NCBI RefSeq assembly: GCF_028641065.1
Contig: NC_073403.1
Coordinates: 16,058,001-16,122,000, forward strand
Direction of reading: 5' to 3'
Length of the DNA stretch: 64,000 bases
Origin: Leucoraja erinacea
Taxonomy: Eukaryota
The notes below the pieces were generated by a model. The model was not told where the DNA came from. It worked only from the letters and a program-made list of their open reading frames with translations, and made no database searches. Positions 14,767-27,094 of this stretch are shown piece by piece (the first letter of the stretch is position 1; every line of letters starts with the position of its first letter). Made by a program: the position numbers and the translations under genes.

Positions 14767-16368
14767 TATTATGTCATTAGTGCGGTGAAATAATTGGAGA
14801 GAAAAGACAAAAAGATAGACATTTGTACATTGAGTCATTTAGCATTGAAACGAGCCTTTCAGCTCAACTTGTCCATGTTGGTCAAGATGCCCATCTAAGC
14901 TGGTTTCATTTTAGTTGTGGCCTGATGGTGTAAAACACTACACGATTATTCATGGTGTGACTCGGAGATGGAAATATGGTAGTACGAAATATTTTGAGGG
15001 ACTATATTTCCCACCAAGTATTACTTTGGCTTCCTTTTTCTTGGGACTACTGCAGTTGTAAAATACTTCCTGTTTTAATTGCTTGTTAAATGCAGATACT
15101 GGAATTTGCCTTAAAGGTGATCATTATTTCAAGCTCTGTATTAATTGCAGCTGGACATCTTCAGTTTTACATGGACATATCTGACCATTCTGATGAGTTG
15201 TCAATGAAAGTTGCCTAAAGTTGTAACCTTTAAGGAAGTTTGTTGCCAATTTTATTGCAGGGCAGATATCTTTTTCTAAGTGGTCCGAAGTAGTGTTCTG
15301 TTGACTTATCCATGCATAAATAAAGCTCCATGGCAAATATGATTTCATGAATGTGTCTTGGCCTGAACATCTGAAGTGCGAGAATCTTTTGGATTTCATT
15401 ATTTCCATTGTTTGACTAAACAAATGTGAAGCTTGAACCGTGTGTTTTCTTGCTTTGAATTGTGATGAGAGACAGTGCAAGGAAATGGATGACTTTGGCC
15501 ACTGAGCTCCTCGGTACCTCTTTGAAGTATGAAATAATAGTGCAGAGATAGTGCACTTTTGTTGTGGTTTCCTCTGCTGTGCTTAAACTGAAATAGGTAC
15601 CTTTGGGGTTGCCAGGAGAATAGGGAGCTGATGTATTTACACCAGAAACTGCTGTTACCTTCTTGAGAAGTATGAAATGACTAAGAAGTGCAGATGATGG
15701 TGCACAAAAAGCTGGAGTAACCAGTGACTATTGTCGGACTACGTACTGGGGAGCAGTAGATGGCTGAGAGATTGGGAGTGCTCATCTTGTTTTGCTGACT
15801 CAGTGTTTGACCTTCTTTATCCTGGAACCATGTTCCTTTGTGATCGTTTCTACTAGTTTTTTTTTCTCTGCAAAATTGAAACACATATGGGTACAGTTAA
15901 TAAAAATCAACTTTTATTAGTTCATCCACAAGGAAACCTTTTGCCCACTTCATTTGGTGATTGTAATGAGTACCTGTTTATTGATCACCTCAACTACATG
16001 AAAGTGTTGCTGATCGGTTGCCTTGATTTATTTGATAGGAAAACTTTACGCAACTATCTGCTGCAATTTATTTCTTTTAAATTACCTTTACACCTTTCTT
16101 GAAGCATGATTTTCTGGCTGTAGTTCCGCCTTCTATTCTGCAGTCAAGTGACCAGTCTTTATTTTTGAAACCCCAGGCAGCATATATCAACAAGCTCTTT
16201 TAACAACAAAGCAGGGAAAATAATATTGACTGTTTAATCTGTACTTCTAGGGCATAGTTCCTGTTCCTGCCACTGATCTTAGGTTTCAGTTTACTTTATG
16301 GACATTAAGAATGCTCAGGGCTTTTAATAAATATCGTATATATGTCACAAGATGAATGATCCATTTAA

Positions 16369-16557
<189 letters not shown>

Positions 16558-17342
16558 TGAAACTTGATTGCCAAAATATATTTAACTTTGTGCTTGCGTC
16601 TGATTCAGTTTGCCTAGTGTGACTTTTGTTAGATCAAAGTTGACTTTGCAACCAACTTTCATTTGAAAAGATTGCCCATTACTAGGAAAGTATCTGTGGA
16701 GTGAATGTATTCATTGAGCTCTTGCAAATAACAATTTACCTAAAAGAAGGGCTGCTCATGTTTAAACTGGTAAAGTGTACAAGAAAATAAAGTAGAATAA
16801 ATGCACATGAAATATTAATTATCCCTCCCAACCTCATCGCTGTGCAGCTAATGTTTCCCCCCAAAACGTATAGACTAATGCGTGCATGTTTAGCAGTCTT
16901 GTCTATCGGTTAGCATGTTCCATCGCATCTTGCGTCTTAAAAATAAATTATTGATCTATATACACAAGATGCCTAAGGTGCTTCAACAATGACTTAATAA
17001 ATTAGGTGCAAGGTAGCTAAGGTATGCACCAGTAGTGAAAGAATGGATGGTCTTTGTAAAATAAATGTTTTAAATGCAAGCTTTCCGATTTGGGGAGAGG
17101 ATGCAATAAACACAATAGCCTTTTTTCTGGAGGCCATTATGGTTAAAATTTAATATCTAACATTCATCTAAAGAGAATATCTTAGTTGATCATGTGAGGT
17201 TTCTTCACCTGATAATAATATGCAGTTAGATTTTATTTCTTTTGGTGTCTGTATTGATTAATATGGATTATATATTTTTGTGAAAATAACATTGTAAGAG
17301 AACTCTTGAGGAAATGCTGATTTTGCTTTTATTTTTTTGCAG

Positions 17343-17391
17343 GTACAAGACTGGGAAAAACAAATGGTTCTTTCAGAAGCTCCGATTCTAA
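17343..17391 (+). CDS. RPL27: RPL27 coding exon 4
   Basis: YKTGKNKWFFQKLRF*; total CDS 411 nt = 136 aa. Confidence 0.98.
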
Positions 17392-17407
17392 GTTGTGTAT
17401 CAGTATA

Positions 17408-17413
17408 AATAAA
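17408..17413 (+). terminator. RPL27: RPL27 polyadenylation signal
   Basis: AATAAA 16 nt after the stop codon, followed by T-rich sequence. Confidence 0.8.
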
Positions 17414-18266
17414 TTTTCATTTTAAATGTTTTGACTATTAGTGTCATTTACCATCTAAGTAACCAAAATTTGCAGGTTTCAATATTTTCAGACATAGTAA
17501 ATAGGTGCAGGAGTAGGCCATTCGGCCCTTCGAGCCAGCACCACCATTCAATATGATCATGGCTGTTCATCCAAAATTAGTACCCCATTCATGCTTTCTC
17601 CCCATATCCCTTGATTCCGTTAGCCCTAAGAGCTATATATAACTCTCTTGAATACATCCATTGACTTGGCCTCCACTGCCTTTTGTGCTAGAGAATTCCA
17701 CAGATTCACAACTTTCTGGGTGAAAAAGGTTTTCCTCATCTCAGTCCTAAATGGCTACCCCTTATTCTTACATTAATGTGGAAAGGGGATATCATGCTTC
17801 TGCGCATTTGATCAATAAATTTGAACGCATGTTTAGCCCAACCAACAATAATGGGTCGATTTGTAGCGGGAGCCTTGTTTAATGAGCTTTCCATCTCCAA
17901 CTTCTAGCTTTGGCAGAGGTGCTGCTTGCTTCCTTGGTTGTGTTTTATGGAAGGATTACCTCACAAGCTAACACACCTTGAGCTTCCCCAAGTGTTCCAT
18001 CGGTTGAGGGGTCAGGCGGTGATGTCTGATGCAGAGAGGGTTTATAATGTAAAGTACACTAGGAACGAGTTGTTCAGGCTAAATGTGTAGGAAGGCACTG
18101 CAGGTGCTGGTTTAAACCAAAGAAAACCTGGTCTGAAGAAGGGTCTGGACCCGAAACATCGCCTATTCCTTTTCTCCAGAGATGCTGCCTGACCTGCTGA
18201 GTTACTCCAGTTTTTTTGTGTCTCTAGTTGTTCAGGCTCATCTTTATCCCCTCCTGTATTCCTGGT

Positions 18267-18750
18267 CGTTTGTGAATGATCTACAACGCACATAGTGAAA
18301 GATCAATCTTTATTCCGTAAGTAATCAGGAACATTTAAACTGCCAGCCATTCACTTCCAATCAGGAACATTTAAACTGCAAGCACCTAAGGACTTGACAG
18401 CCCTACAACGATTTCTAGGCACGGTATAATGTTTTGCGCTCCAACTCTCACATACTTCGATGCAGAGTTACCCGTCACCCTCACCTGTGATGCCTCCCAA
18501 TATGGACTGGGCGCCACTTGCCTGCAAGACGACGGGAAGAGTCCCAGACCAGTTGCCTATGCCTCCTGCACCATGACCGACACTGAACAGCGATACACTC
18601 AAATCGAGAAGGAGCTATTCGCAGTCTCCTTTGGAGGCGTGGGTTCGAATCCCACTTCTGACACCATGTTTGTGAATGATCGACAACAATATAGTGAAAG
18701 ATCAATCTTTATTCCATAAGCAATCAGGAACATTTAAATTGCCAGCCGGC
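18267..18750. mobile_element. Ty3/Gypsy LTR retrotransposon relic (RT thumb and RNase H fragments, tRNA-Leu PBS, LTR-end pieces)
   Basis: APKDLTALQRFLGTV (18382-18426); APTLTYFD..LTCDASQYGLGA..PVAYAS..EQRYTQIEKELFAV (18438-18626); ~80-bp direct repeat at ~18267-18348 and ~18668-18748. Confidence 0.85.
18619..18666 (+). pseudogene. 3' 48 nt of tRNA-Leu including CCA (extended primer-binding site; not a tRNA gene)
   Basis: tcgcagtctcctttggaggcgtgggttcgaatcccacttctgacaCCA = variable arm, T arm and acceptor 3' strand of tRNA-Leu; the 5' half is absent. Confidence 0.85.
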
Positions 18751-19259
18751 GTGGCTTGTGAGAGCCGGCTGACCTTGCTAGTGAAAAGCTATGTAGTACT
18801 GTAATACCATGTAAAGGGTGGCATGCATATATGTGTAGTGGAGATTATAAATGGCATGGATTAATAAGGGTTAATCGACACTGGTCATCCTACACTCTCT
18901 AACGCAGGCAATACAACTGACTGCTGGTTGCAGAAAAATAAAATTAAAATCCTGATGTTGCAGTGAAATAATTTGATGTCAAGAAATTGCAATAATCTTA
19001 ATATGCATAGCTGATAATTAGATACCATTCCCTTTCTCACAGATCCTCCTGTCTGTGTGTACTCTCCAATCATCCAAATAACGCACGAGTGATGAATCAT
19101 TCCATGACTGCAAAAGCAAGATATCTATGTGCGACACCCCACCGATACTTTTTTGTTCTTCTGGCCGTTTAATAAAATTTTAAAGGTTACAAAATAATCG
19201 TTTTAAATTGTGGTGCAAACAAAGGGCCTGTTTCTGCATTGTATCTCTAAATTAAACTT

Positions 19260-20105
19260 AACACAAATACCCCAGTTTGCATTGACAGTGCTGAAATTGA
19301 GATGGTTGAAAACTTCAAATTCCTAGGAGTCAATATCACCAACAGCTTCTCCTGGACCACCCATATTGAATTAACGACCAAGAAAGCACATTAACGCCTC
19401 TAGTTCCTTAGAATGCCTAGAAAGTTCAGCATGTCCCCTACAACTCTCACTTCTACAGATGCACCATAGAAAGCAAGGTGGGAGATTGCAACCTTCACGT
19501 GGTCCGCCCTGTTTCGATGAATGCAATCAACCTGGCGTGCACAAACAGAAGGTCAAACAGAACAAGTTGTCTTACAACTTTAGGCTGTGCAGGCCATACG
19601 CAATAAGAAGACCATAGTAAGCCTTTTATCTGGGAGCAGCTCCTTCAAAGACCGCAAGAAATTGCAGCGAATTGTGGACGCAGCCCAGACCATCACACAA
19701 ACAAACCTTCCTTCTATTGACGCCATTTGTACCTCGCGCTGCCTCGGCAAGGCCAGCAGCATAATCAAGGACGAGTTGTATTCTGGCCACTCCCTCTTCT
19801 CCCCTTTCCCATCAGGCAAACGCACACCTCCAGATTCAGGGACAGTTTCTTCCCCGTTGTTATCAGGCAAGTGAATCAACCTACCAAAACCAGAGGGCAG
19901 TGCTACTATCTACCTCTTTGATGTCCCTCAGAATAACCTTGATCGGACTTTGCTGGCTTTACCTTGTACTAAACACTATTCCGTTATCATGTATCTATAC
20001 GCTGTAAATAGCTCAATTATAATCATGTATCGTCTTTCTACTGACTGGATAGCACGCAACAAAAGCTTTTCACTACCTCAGTACACGTGACAGTAATAAA
20101 CTAAA
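19260..20105 (+). mobile_element. Degenerate non-LTR retrotransposon 3' part (Rex1/Babar- or L2-like RT C-terminus)
   Basis: Decayed frames EMVENFKFLGVNI..SWTTH, FYRCTIES, DRKKLQRIVDAAQTIT..LPSID; interrupted by a short element at 19477-19610. Confidence 0.65.
19477..19610 (+). mobile_element. ~135-bp short retroposon with (AAG)n tail, copy 1
   Basis: Near-identical to 52421-52556; TSD-like accatag(a/t)aagc flanks. Confidence 0.7.
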
Positions 20106-21709
20106 CTTTCAGTTATTCTGTTATTACACTTTGCTATTTTATTTAGCCATACTCCACTGCAGCAGGCACTTTGGCCCCACTCATCAATGCTGACCAAGAA
20201 TCCCCATCTAAACCAGTATTAATTGCTTGTGTCTGACCCATATCCCTCTCAATCTTTCCTATCCACATGCCTGTCCAAGTGTCTTTTAAATGCTGTTATC
20301 GTACCTGCCTCAGCTGCCTCCTCTGACATCTTGATCCATAGTGGAAAAGATTGCTCCTAAGGTTCCTATTAAATCTTTTCCCTCTCACTTTAACGCTATG
20401 CCACCTGGTTCTAGATTCCTCTACCTCAGGTAAAAGAACCTGTGCATTCACCCTCTTTATTCCCCTAGTGAGTTTAGACAACTCTAAGTTCACCCCATCA
20501 CCCCCTGCCCTCCAAGGAATGAAGTCCCAGCCTCCTCATCCTTTTCCTGCAGCTCAGGCTCTCGAGTCCTGGCAACACCCCTGTGAGTCTTCTCTGCACT
20601 CTTTCCAGCTCAATGGGAACTTGCTTACAGCAAGCCGACCTAAACTGAACTCGATACAATTAAAATATTTGACAAGGCAGCAAATAATTTTTTTAAATTT
20701 ACTTCTGATATCTAAATCAGTCTCTGTTACATCCTCGTTCCCTTTCTCAAGTCTATATCCGCTTGACCTAATCTAAATGTTTATCCATATCACATCCACC
20801 ACTTCAGTTCTCGAATGTCTTGCTTTCGCTTTGGTATTTTTGTTCCAAACAACTCCAGCTCTGAGCCCAGCACACTTAAACCACCCCTGACTCTAGCAGG
20901 CACATTCCTCCCCTCTCCCCAAGTACAAAGGATACAAAATAGAACAAATGGGATGGAGAACTGATTTGATTTGACAGAAGCACAGAAAAAACCATGATTG
21001 GACCCCAAAGCTCTATGTAAAGAACACACTGTATAATTGCATCACGGCCTGGTTCAGCAACCCAAATGCCCAAGATGAAGCAGATTATACATTTATAATT
21101 ATGATTATACATTTATTGTATTTTTTGATTATTTCATATTATCTGTATTATTATGTTAACAGGCCTGTAAAGGTGATTATACAAATGTCATTGCTCTGTG
21201 GTCAGTGCCTTGACTTTAATTAGATGAAACTGTTAATATTTAACTCTCCTTCAAGTCTGCTGTCATTAGCCTATCTCCAATTTCTTCAAATTCCTTGGAA
21301 ATACTCTCGGATGTCAAATTCATGCCCATCTTACTTGGAACTCCTTGGATTCCCTTCAAAGTGCCCGTACTTTCCTGAACACTTACTGTGCCATCTTTTC
21401 TGAGACATTGGAACAAAGCCAACAATTGTGCAAGACGCTAGTGTGGTCTCACTTGGAGCAGTTGTGTTCATTTCTGGTCACCCCACTGTAGTAAGGACAA
21501 CATTCGGCTGGAAAGTGTGCAGAGAAGATTTACAAGGATGTTGCCAGGACTCGAGGACCAGAGCCACTGGGTGGGATTGGGAAGGTTAGGTCTGTATTCC
21601 TTGGAAGTCTGGAGGCTGAGGGATGATCTCATAGAAGTATATACAATCACGAGGGGAATCGGCAGGGTGAGTGCACAGTCTTTTTCCCTGGCTAAGGAAA
21701 ACAAGAACT

Positions 21710-22567
21710 AGAAACGTAGAAATTAGGTGCAGGAGTAGGCCATTCGGCCCTTCGAGCCTGCACCGCCATTCAATATGATCATGGCTGATCATCCAACTCA
21801 GTATCCCATACCTGCCTTCTCTCCATACCCTCTGATCCCCTTAGCCACAAGGGCCACATCTAAATCCCTCTTAAATATAGCCAATGAACTGGCATCTACT
21901 ACCCTCTGTGGCAGAGAGTTCCAGAGATTCACCACTCTCTGTGTGAAAAAAGTTCTTCTCATCTCGGTTTTAAAGGATTTCCCCCTTATCCTTAAGCTGT
22001 GATCCCTTGTCCTGGACTTCCCCAACATCGGGAGCAATCTTCCTGCATCTAGCCTGTCCAACCCCTTAAGAATTTCGTAAGTTTCTATAAGATCCCCTCT
22101 CAATCTCCTAAATTCTAGAGAGTATAATCCAAGTCTATCCAGTCTTTCTTCATAAGACAGTCCTGACATCCCAGGAATCAGTCTGGTGAACCTTCTCTGC
22201 ACTCCCTCTATGGCAATAATGTCCTTCCTCAGATTTGGAGACCAAAACTGTACGCAATACTCAAGGTGTGGTCTCACCAAGACCCTGTACAACTGCAGTA
22301 GAACCTCCCTGCTCCTATACTCAAATCCTTTTGCTATGAAAGCTAACATACCATTCGCTTTCTTCACTGCCTGCTGCACCTGCATGCCTACTTTCAATGA
22401 CTGGTGTACCATGACACCCAGGTCTCGCTGCATCTCCCCTTTTCCTAGTCGGCCACCATTGAGATAATAGTCTGCTTTCCTGTTTTTGCCATCAAAATGG
22501 ATAACCTCACATTTATCCACATTATACTGCATCTGCCAAACATTTGCCCACTCACCCAGCCTATCCA
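21710..22567 (-). mobile_element. Young 5'-truncated CR1 LINE inserted in an older + strand CR1 (~21455-23015)
   Basis: Open 244-aa frame 21798-22532: KCEVIHF..LVRPHLEYCVQFWSP..QRRFTRLIPG..RRLRGDLIETY..FFTQRVVNLWNSLP. Confidence 0.9.
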
Positions 22568-22608
22568 GAAGTTTAAGATGAGAGAGGCAAGATTTAACAG
22601 GAACCTAA

Positions 22609-22832
22609 TGCCCCTGTCCCACTTAGGAAACCTGAAGGGCAACCTCTGGAGACTGCGCCCCACCCAAGGTTTCCGTGCGGTTCCCGGAGGTTGCAGGTAG
22701 TTGCCGGAGGTTGCAGGTAGTGGAAGCAGGTAGGGAGACTGACAAAAAACTCCGGGAACCACACAGAAACCTTGGGTGGGGCGCAAAGTCTCCAGTGGTT
22801 TCCGTTCAGGTTTCATAAGTGGGACAGGGGCA
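22609..22832. mobile_element. PIF/Harbinger-type MITE
   Basis: TIRs TGCCCCTGTCCCACTTAGGAAACCTGAA / TTCAGGTTTCATAAGTGGGACAGGGGCA; TAA at 22606-22608 and 22833-22835; removing it restores the host CR1. Confidence 0.85.
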
Positions 22833-23159
22833 TAAGGGACAGCTTTTTCACACAGAGGGTGGTGGGTGTGTGGGACAAGCTGTTAGGGGGAGCAGTTGAG
22901 GCAGGTACAATAACAACATTTAGAAGATATTTAGAAAGTTACATGGATAGGAAAGTTTTGGAGGAATATGGGCCAAATGTGGCCTGAAGGCCCGTTTCCC
23001 TCCTGTATGACTCCAAGCAATCCCAACCTTGTACAACTAAAAGATCTTTGTCATATCCAACACTTAACCACTCTGTGAATTTTATACCCTATTCATTTTT
23101 CTCGTGGAAACAGGAACTGCAGATGCTGGTTTACAAAGAAGGACAATATTGATCAATAT

Positions 23160-23840
23160 ACTGGACCATATCTGAGGAAGGTGTGCTGGCTCTGGAGAGG
23201 GTCCAGAGGAGGTTTACACGAATGATCCCAGCAATGAGTGGGTTAACAGATGATGAGCGTTTGATGGCACTGGGCCTATATTCGCTGGAGTTTTGAAGAA
23301 TGAGGGAGGACCTCATTGAAACGTACAGAATAGCGAATAGCTTGGATAGAGTGGACGTGGAGAGGATGTTTCCACTAATGGGAGAGTCTAGGACCAGAGT
23401 TAAATAACATCCGAATTAAAGGACGTTCCTTTAGGAAGGAGATGAGGAAGAATTTTGTTAGTCAGAGGGTGGTGATCTGTGGAATTATTTGCCACAGAAG
23501 GCTGTGAGGCAAAGTCAGTGGATATATTTAAGGCCGAGATAAATCGATTTTTGATTAATACGGGTGTCAGAGGTTATGGGGAGAAGGCCGGAGAATGGGG
23601 TTAGGAGGGAGAGATAGATCAGCCATGATTGAATGGCGGAGTAGACTTAGACAATAGACAATAGATGCATGAATAGGCCATTTGGCCCTTCGAGCCAGCA
23701 CCGCCATTCAATGTGATCATGGCTGATCATCCCCAATCAGTACCCCGTTCCTGCCTTCTCCCCATAACCTCTGACACCTCCCCATAACCACTTGATGGAC
23801 CGAATGGCCCAATTCTATTCCTATCATATATGATCTTATG
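23160..23840 (+). mobile_element. CR1 LINE 3' fragment with a nested opposite-strand CR1 tail
   Basis: LERVQRRFTRMIP..LGLYSLEF..FVSQRVV motifs. Confidence 0.75.
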
Positions 23841-24169
23841 ACATCAAGTGCTGGAGTAACTCTGATCGTGACCTTTAACTTGTCTTTTCCAGTTCTGACA
23901 AAGTTCTTTGATCTGAAATATCTACCCTGCTTCCATTTCCACGGACGCTGCCTGACCTTCCGAGTGTTTCCAGCATTTTCTGTCTTGTCACGGTGAATCA
24001 AGGACCCGTGTATAATTTCTCGGAGAGACGGTGGCACTGAAGAGGTTGCGAGTCCCCGCTGATGCAGGGAGAGTGCCGGAACACGCACTGGGAAAAGGAT
24101 CTAGTGTCAAACATTGAGCGGCGGCGCTGCGCCGTGAACGGCCGGGCAACCCCCTAAACGTTCTGTGTT

Positions 24170-24236
24170 AGTTTCACTTTCCTGGAAGATGTCGAGTTGA
24201 TTGCTGCTTCGTCATTCACAGAAGGTTGCTTTCAGG
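24170..24236 (+). promoter_or_regulatory. IFI35: IFI35 promoter: overlapping ISRE and GAS, and putative non-coding exon 1
   Basis: AGTTTCACTTTCC (24170-24182) overlaps TTCCTGGAA (24179-24187); donor AGG|GTAAGT at 24237; CpG-rich context. Confidence 0.7.
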
Positions 24237-24990
24237 GTAAGTCCTTGAGTTTTCCACCCACCGCAATCCACCAAATGTTGACCAACTTGTCCCCAACCCC
24301 GATGTTCTGCCATGCTTAGTGTTTGATTTGTTAGGGACGCAAGATTTATGTGGGATGATCAATACTGGGGATCAATACTGAGGCGAACGGGACGGAGCTA
24401 CAGTTCCGTAACTGGTCCTGGGAGGAGGGGGGGGGGTCGATAGGTTTTAATGTCACACACCGGGAACATGCAATCTGCAAAAAAAAATTGGCAACTAATA
24501 CTTTATGGGAATGCATCGGGAGCGATCGCGGGGAGGGGAATCGAAACTGAAAGTGTTAAGGGTCCTGAGAAAATAACTTGCTCTTAAGGCAACTTTTAGC
24601 CTTGCCTTCCTTTGTGTTACATTGTGAAGTGTTCCCTCTGTAAAGTGTGGTAAGCATAAAAGATGACAGTAACAACTTTAGAAAGGATGCGCCTTTCGTA
24701 CGAATCCCATCCCTCCGGCGAGGACCATCGCCTCGGCGATTCAAGTGTCATCCAGACTGTTGTGAAATGCTGCCGGGGCTCAGATTTAGCCGCGCTCCCG
24801 GGCAGTGCCTTGCAGAAGGAGCCAGAGTTGACTTGCTTTACTCCTACAGCCACTCTTCGACCTGTGGTATCAAAAATGTACCCCCCATGGCCTATGTTCA
24901 CATCGTGTTGGTTACTCGCTGGTGACATGTAATGTGAAACTTAATATCTTTGTGACAGGTTTGCAATCGTGAAGCTGTGGAAATTATACC

Positions 24991-25020
24991 ATGGAATTTC
25001 CAATTGCTAGAATTGCATGG
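24991..25020 (+). CDS. IFI35: IFI35 putative first coding exon (MEFPIARIAW)
   Basis: Acceptor at 24957-24958, Kozak accATGG, donor GTGAGT at 25021; phase 0 fits the next exon. Confidence 0.65.
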
Positions 25021-25047
25021 GTGAGTCAGTAGTTCTTGAACTGACAG

Positions 25048-25048
25048 G

Positions 25049-25084
<36 letters not shown>
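25048..25084. repeat. (ATA)n microsatellite
   Basis: Direct inspection. Confidence 0.9.
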
Positions 25085-26574
25085 TATTTTATTGTCATTT
25101 GGTAACGAGATTTGGTATGCAGCTTCTTTCCGATAGTCATAACTTAAACAACTAATAAAATTTAGATACCCCGAGAAACATGATTTATATATATATATTT
25201 AAAAGAACAGTAAAACAGTCTAAAGTGTAAATATGTCTGTGCCGGGTCGGTGCGTGAATACAGTTCATGGGGGGGCGTTTGCCGGAAGACAGGAGTTCGA
25301 ACGGACTATTACAAGGGTGTGAGGAGTCTTTGTGGATGCTGATGGCCTTCCTGAGGCACCGTGTGCGGTAGATGCCCTCCAAGGCCGGTAGCTGTGTCCC
25401 AATAATCTACTGCACCCTGTGGACGACGCGCTGAAGAGCTCTCCTCTTCAGATGAAATATAATCAGGTAGAGGCCTGGTCAACCCTCTCACACTGCTTCC
25501 TCATTCAGTAACATTGATGCAGAACCTGTGACTCAAATCTGTTTTCCTACCTGTGGAGGAAGGAACTGCAGATGCTGGTTTAAACCGAAGATAGACACGA
25601 AATGCTGGAGTAACTCAAATGCTGAAGTAATCTCTGGAGAGAAGGAACTGGTGAAATTTCAGGTTGAGACCCTTCTTCAGTTTCGACCCGAAACGTCATC
25701 CATTCCATCTCTCCAGAGATGCTACCTGTCCCACAGAGTTACTCCAGATTTTTGTGTCTATGTTCTGCTTTCCTACCTGATCACAATCTATTTTCATTTG
25801 CATACTCTCCAGAAATCTACTGATCTAAATTACCTCAACACAAAAGTGGCCCAGTGGTGTAGCTGGTAGAGCTGCTGCCTCACAGCAGCACCAGAGTCCC
25901 CGGTTCAATCCTGCCCTTGGGTGCTGTCTGTGGGGGGTTTGGCTCCCTGTGACCATGTGGGTTTTCTCTGGGTGCTCTGGTTTCCTCCCACATCCCAAAG
26001 AGTGCAGGTTTGTAAGTCTGCAGTTGGCCCTAGTGTGTGAACAATTAAAGCTGGTCAGTGTGGACTCAGAGGGCCGGAAGGCACTGTTTCCATTCTGTAT
26101 CTCAAAACTAAATTAAAATAAATTGGTTAGCATCAATGGGAGAGAACTCCAAAGTTTTATAATCTGCTGTGTAAAAATTTCCTCATCAAAATCTTACCTA
26201 TCCAGATACTTAGCATCAGGTTCTGCATGATTCGAAATTCCAGCTGAAAAAATTGGCAGCAATCTTCCCGGAAGGGCTATTTGAAGTTAGCTATTTGAAC
26301 TCCTGGGCCTCCTCCACTGTCCACTGGAGGAATAGCACCTCAAATTTTGCTGGGGTAGTTTACACCCAGTGGAATGAACATTGAATTCTCTAACTTCAAA
26401 TAGCCCATGCTTAGGGCTAAAGGAATCAAAGGATATGGGGAAAAATCAGGAACGGGGTACAGATTTTAGATTGGCATATTGATTGGCATATTGAATGGCA
26501 GTGCTGGCTCGAAGGGCCAAATGTACCTATTTGTCTATGTGTAATCATGTCAGATCTATCTCCAAATCCCATTC

Positions 26575-27000
26575 TCCAGCCTCCTCCCCATGAACCCTGA
26601 CACCCACACTAATTAAGAATATACCTATCTCTGCCTTAAAAATATCCATTGACAGCCTCCACAACCTTCTGCGGCAAATAATTCCACAGATTCACCACCC
26701 TCTGACTAACAAAATTCTTCCTAATCTCCTTCCTAAATTCCTTAATTCTGAGGTTATTTAACTCTGGTCCTAGACTCTTCCACTCGTGGAAACATCTTCT
26801 CCTCATCCACTCTATCCAAGCCTTGCACTGTTCTGTATGTTTCAATGAAGTCCCCCATCATCCTTCTAAAACTCCAGTTAGTACAGGCCCTGTGCCGTCA
26901 AACACTCATCATATGTTAACCCACTCATTCCTAGGATCATTCTTGTAAACCTGAGCCAGCACATCCTTCCACAGATATAGGGCCCACAATTGCTCACAAT
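26575..27000 (-). mobile_element. CR1 LINE 3' fragment
   Basis: FVSQRVVNLWNYLPQKVVEA and RFTRMILGMSGLTYDE frames. Confidence 0.75.
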
Positions 27001-27019
27001 TGCTGTTTCTATTTTGCAG

Positions 27020-27094
27020 GGCACTTTCAAGAATCCACAGGAGCCTGCTATGAATGAGTTGCAAAAGCTGCAACAGGAAATAGAAGGCTGCAAG
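27020..27094 (+). CDS. IFI35: IFI35 exon, coiled-coil
   Basis: GTFKNPQEPAMNELQKLQQEIEGCK; ttttgcag acceptor, GTCAGA donor, phase 0-0. Confidence 0.8.

Noticed and set aside
15510-15705. Short imperfect direct repeat (gaagtatgaaat..agtgcaga..gtgcac)
   Set aside because: About 45 bp, degenerate, with no structure or function evident.
18619-18666. Functional tRNA-Leu gene
   Set aside because: Only the 3' part is present, with encoded CCA, inside an LTR relic; it is a primer-derived copy.
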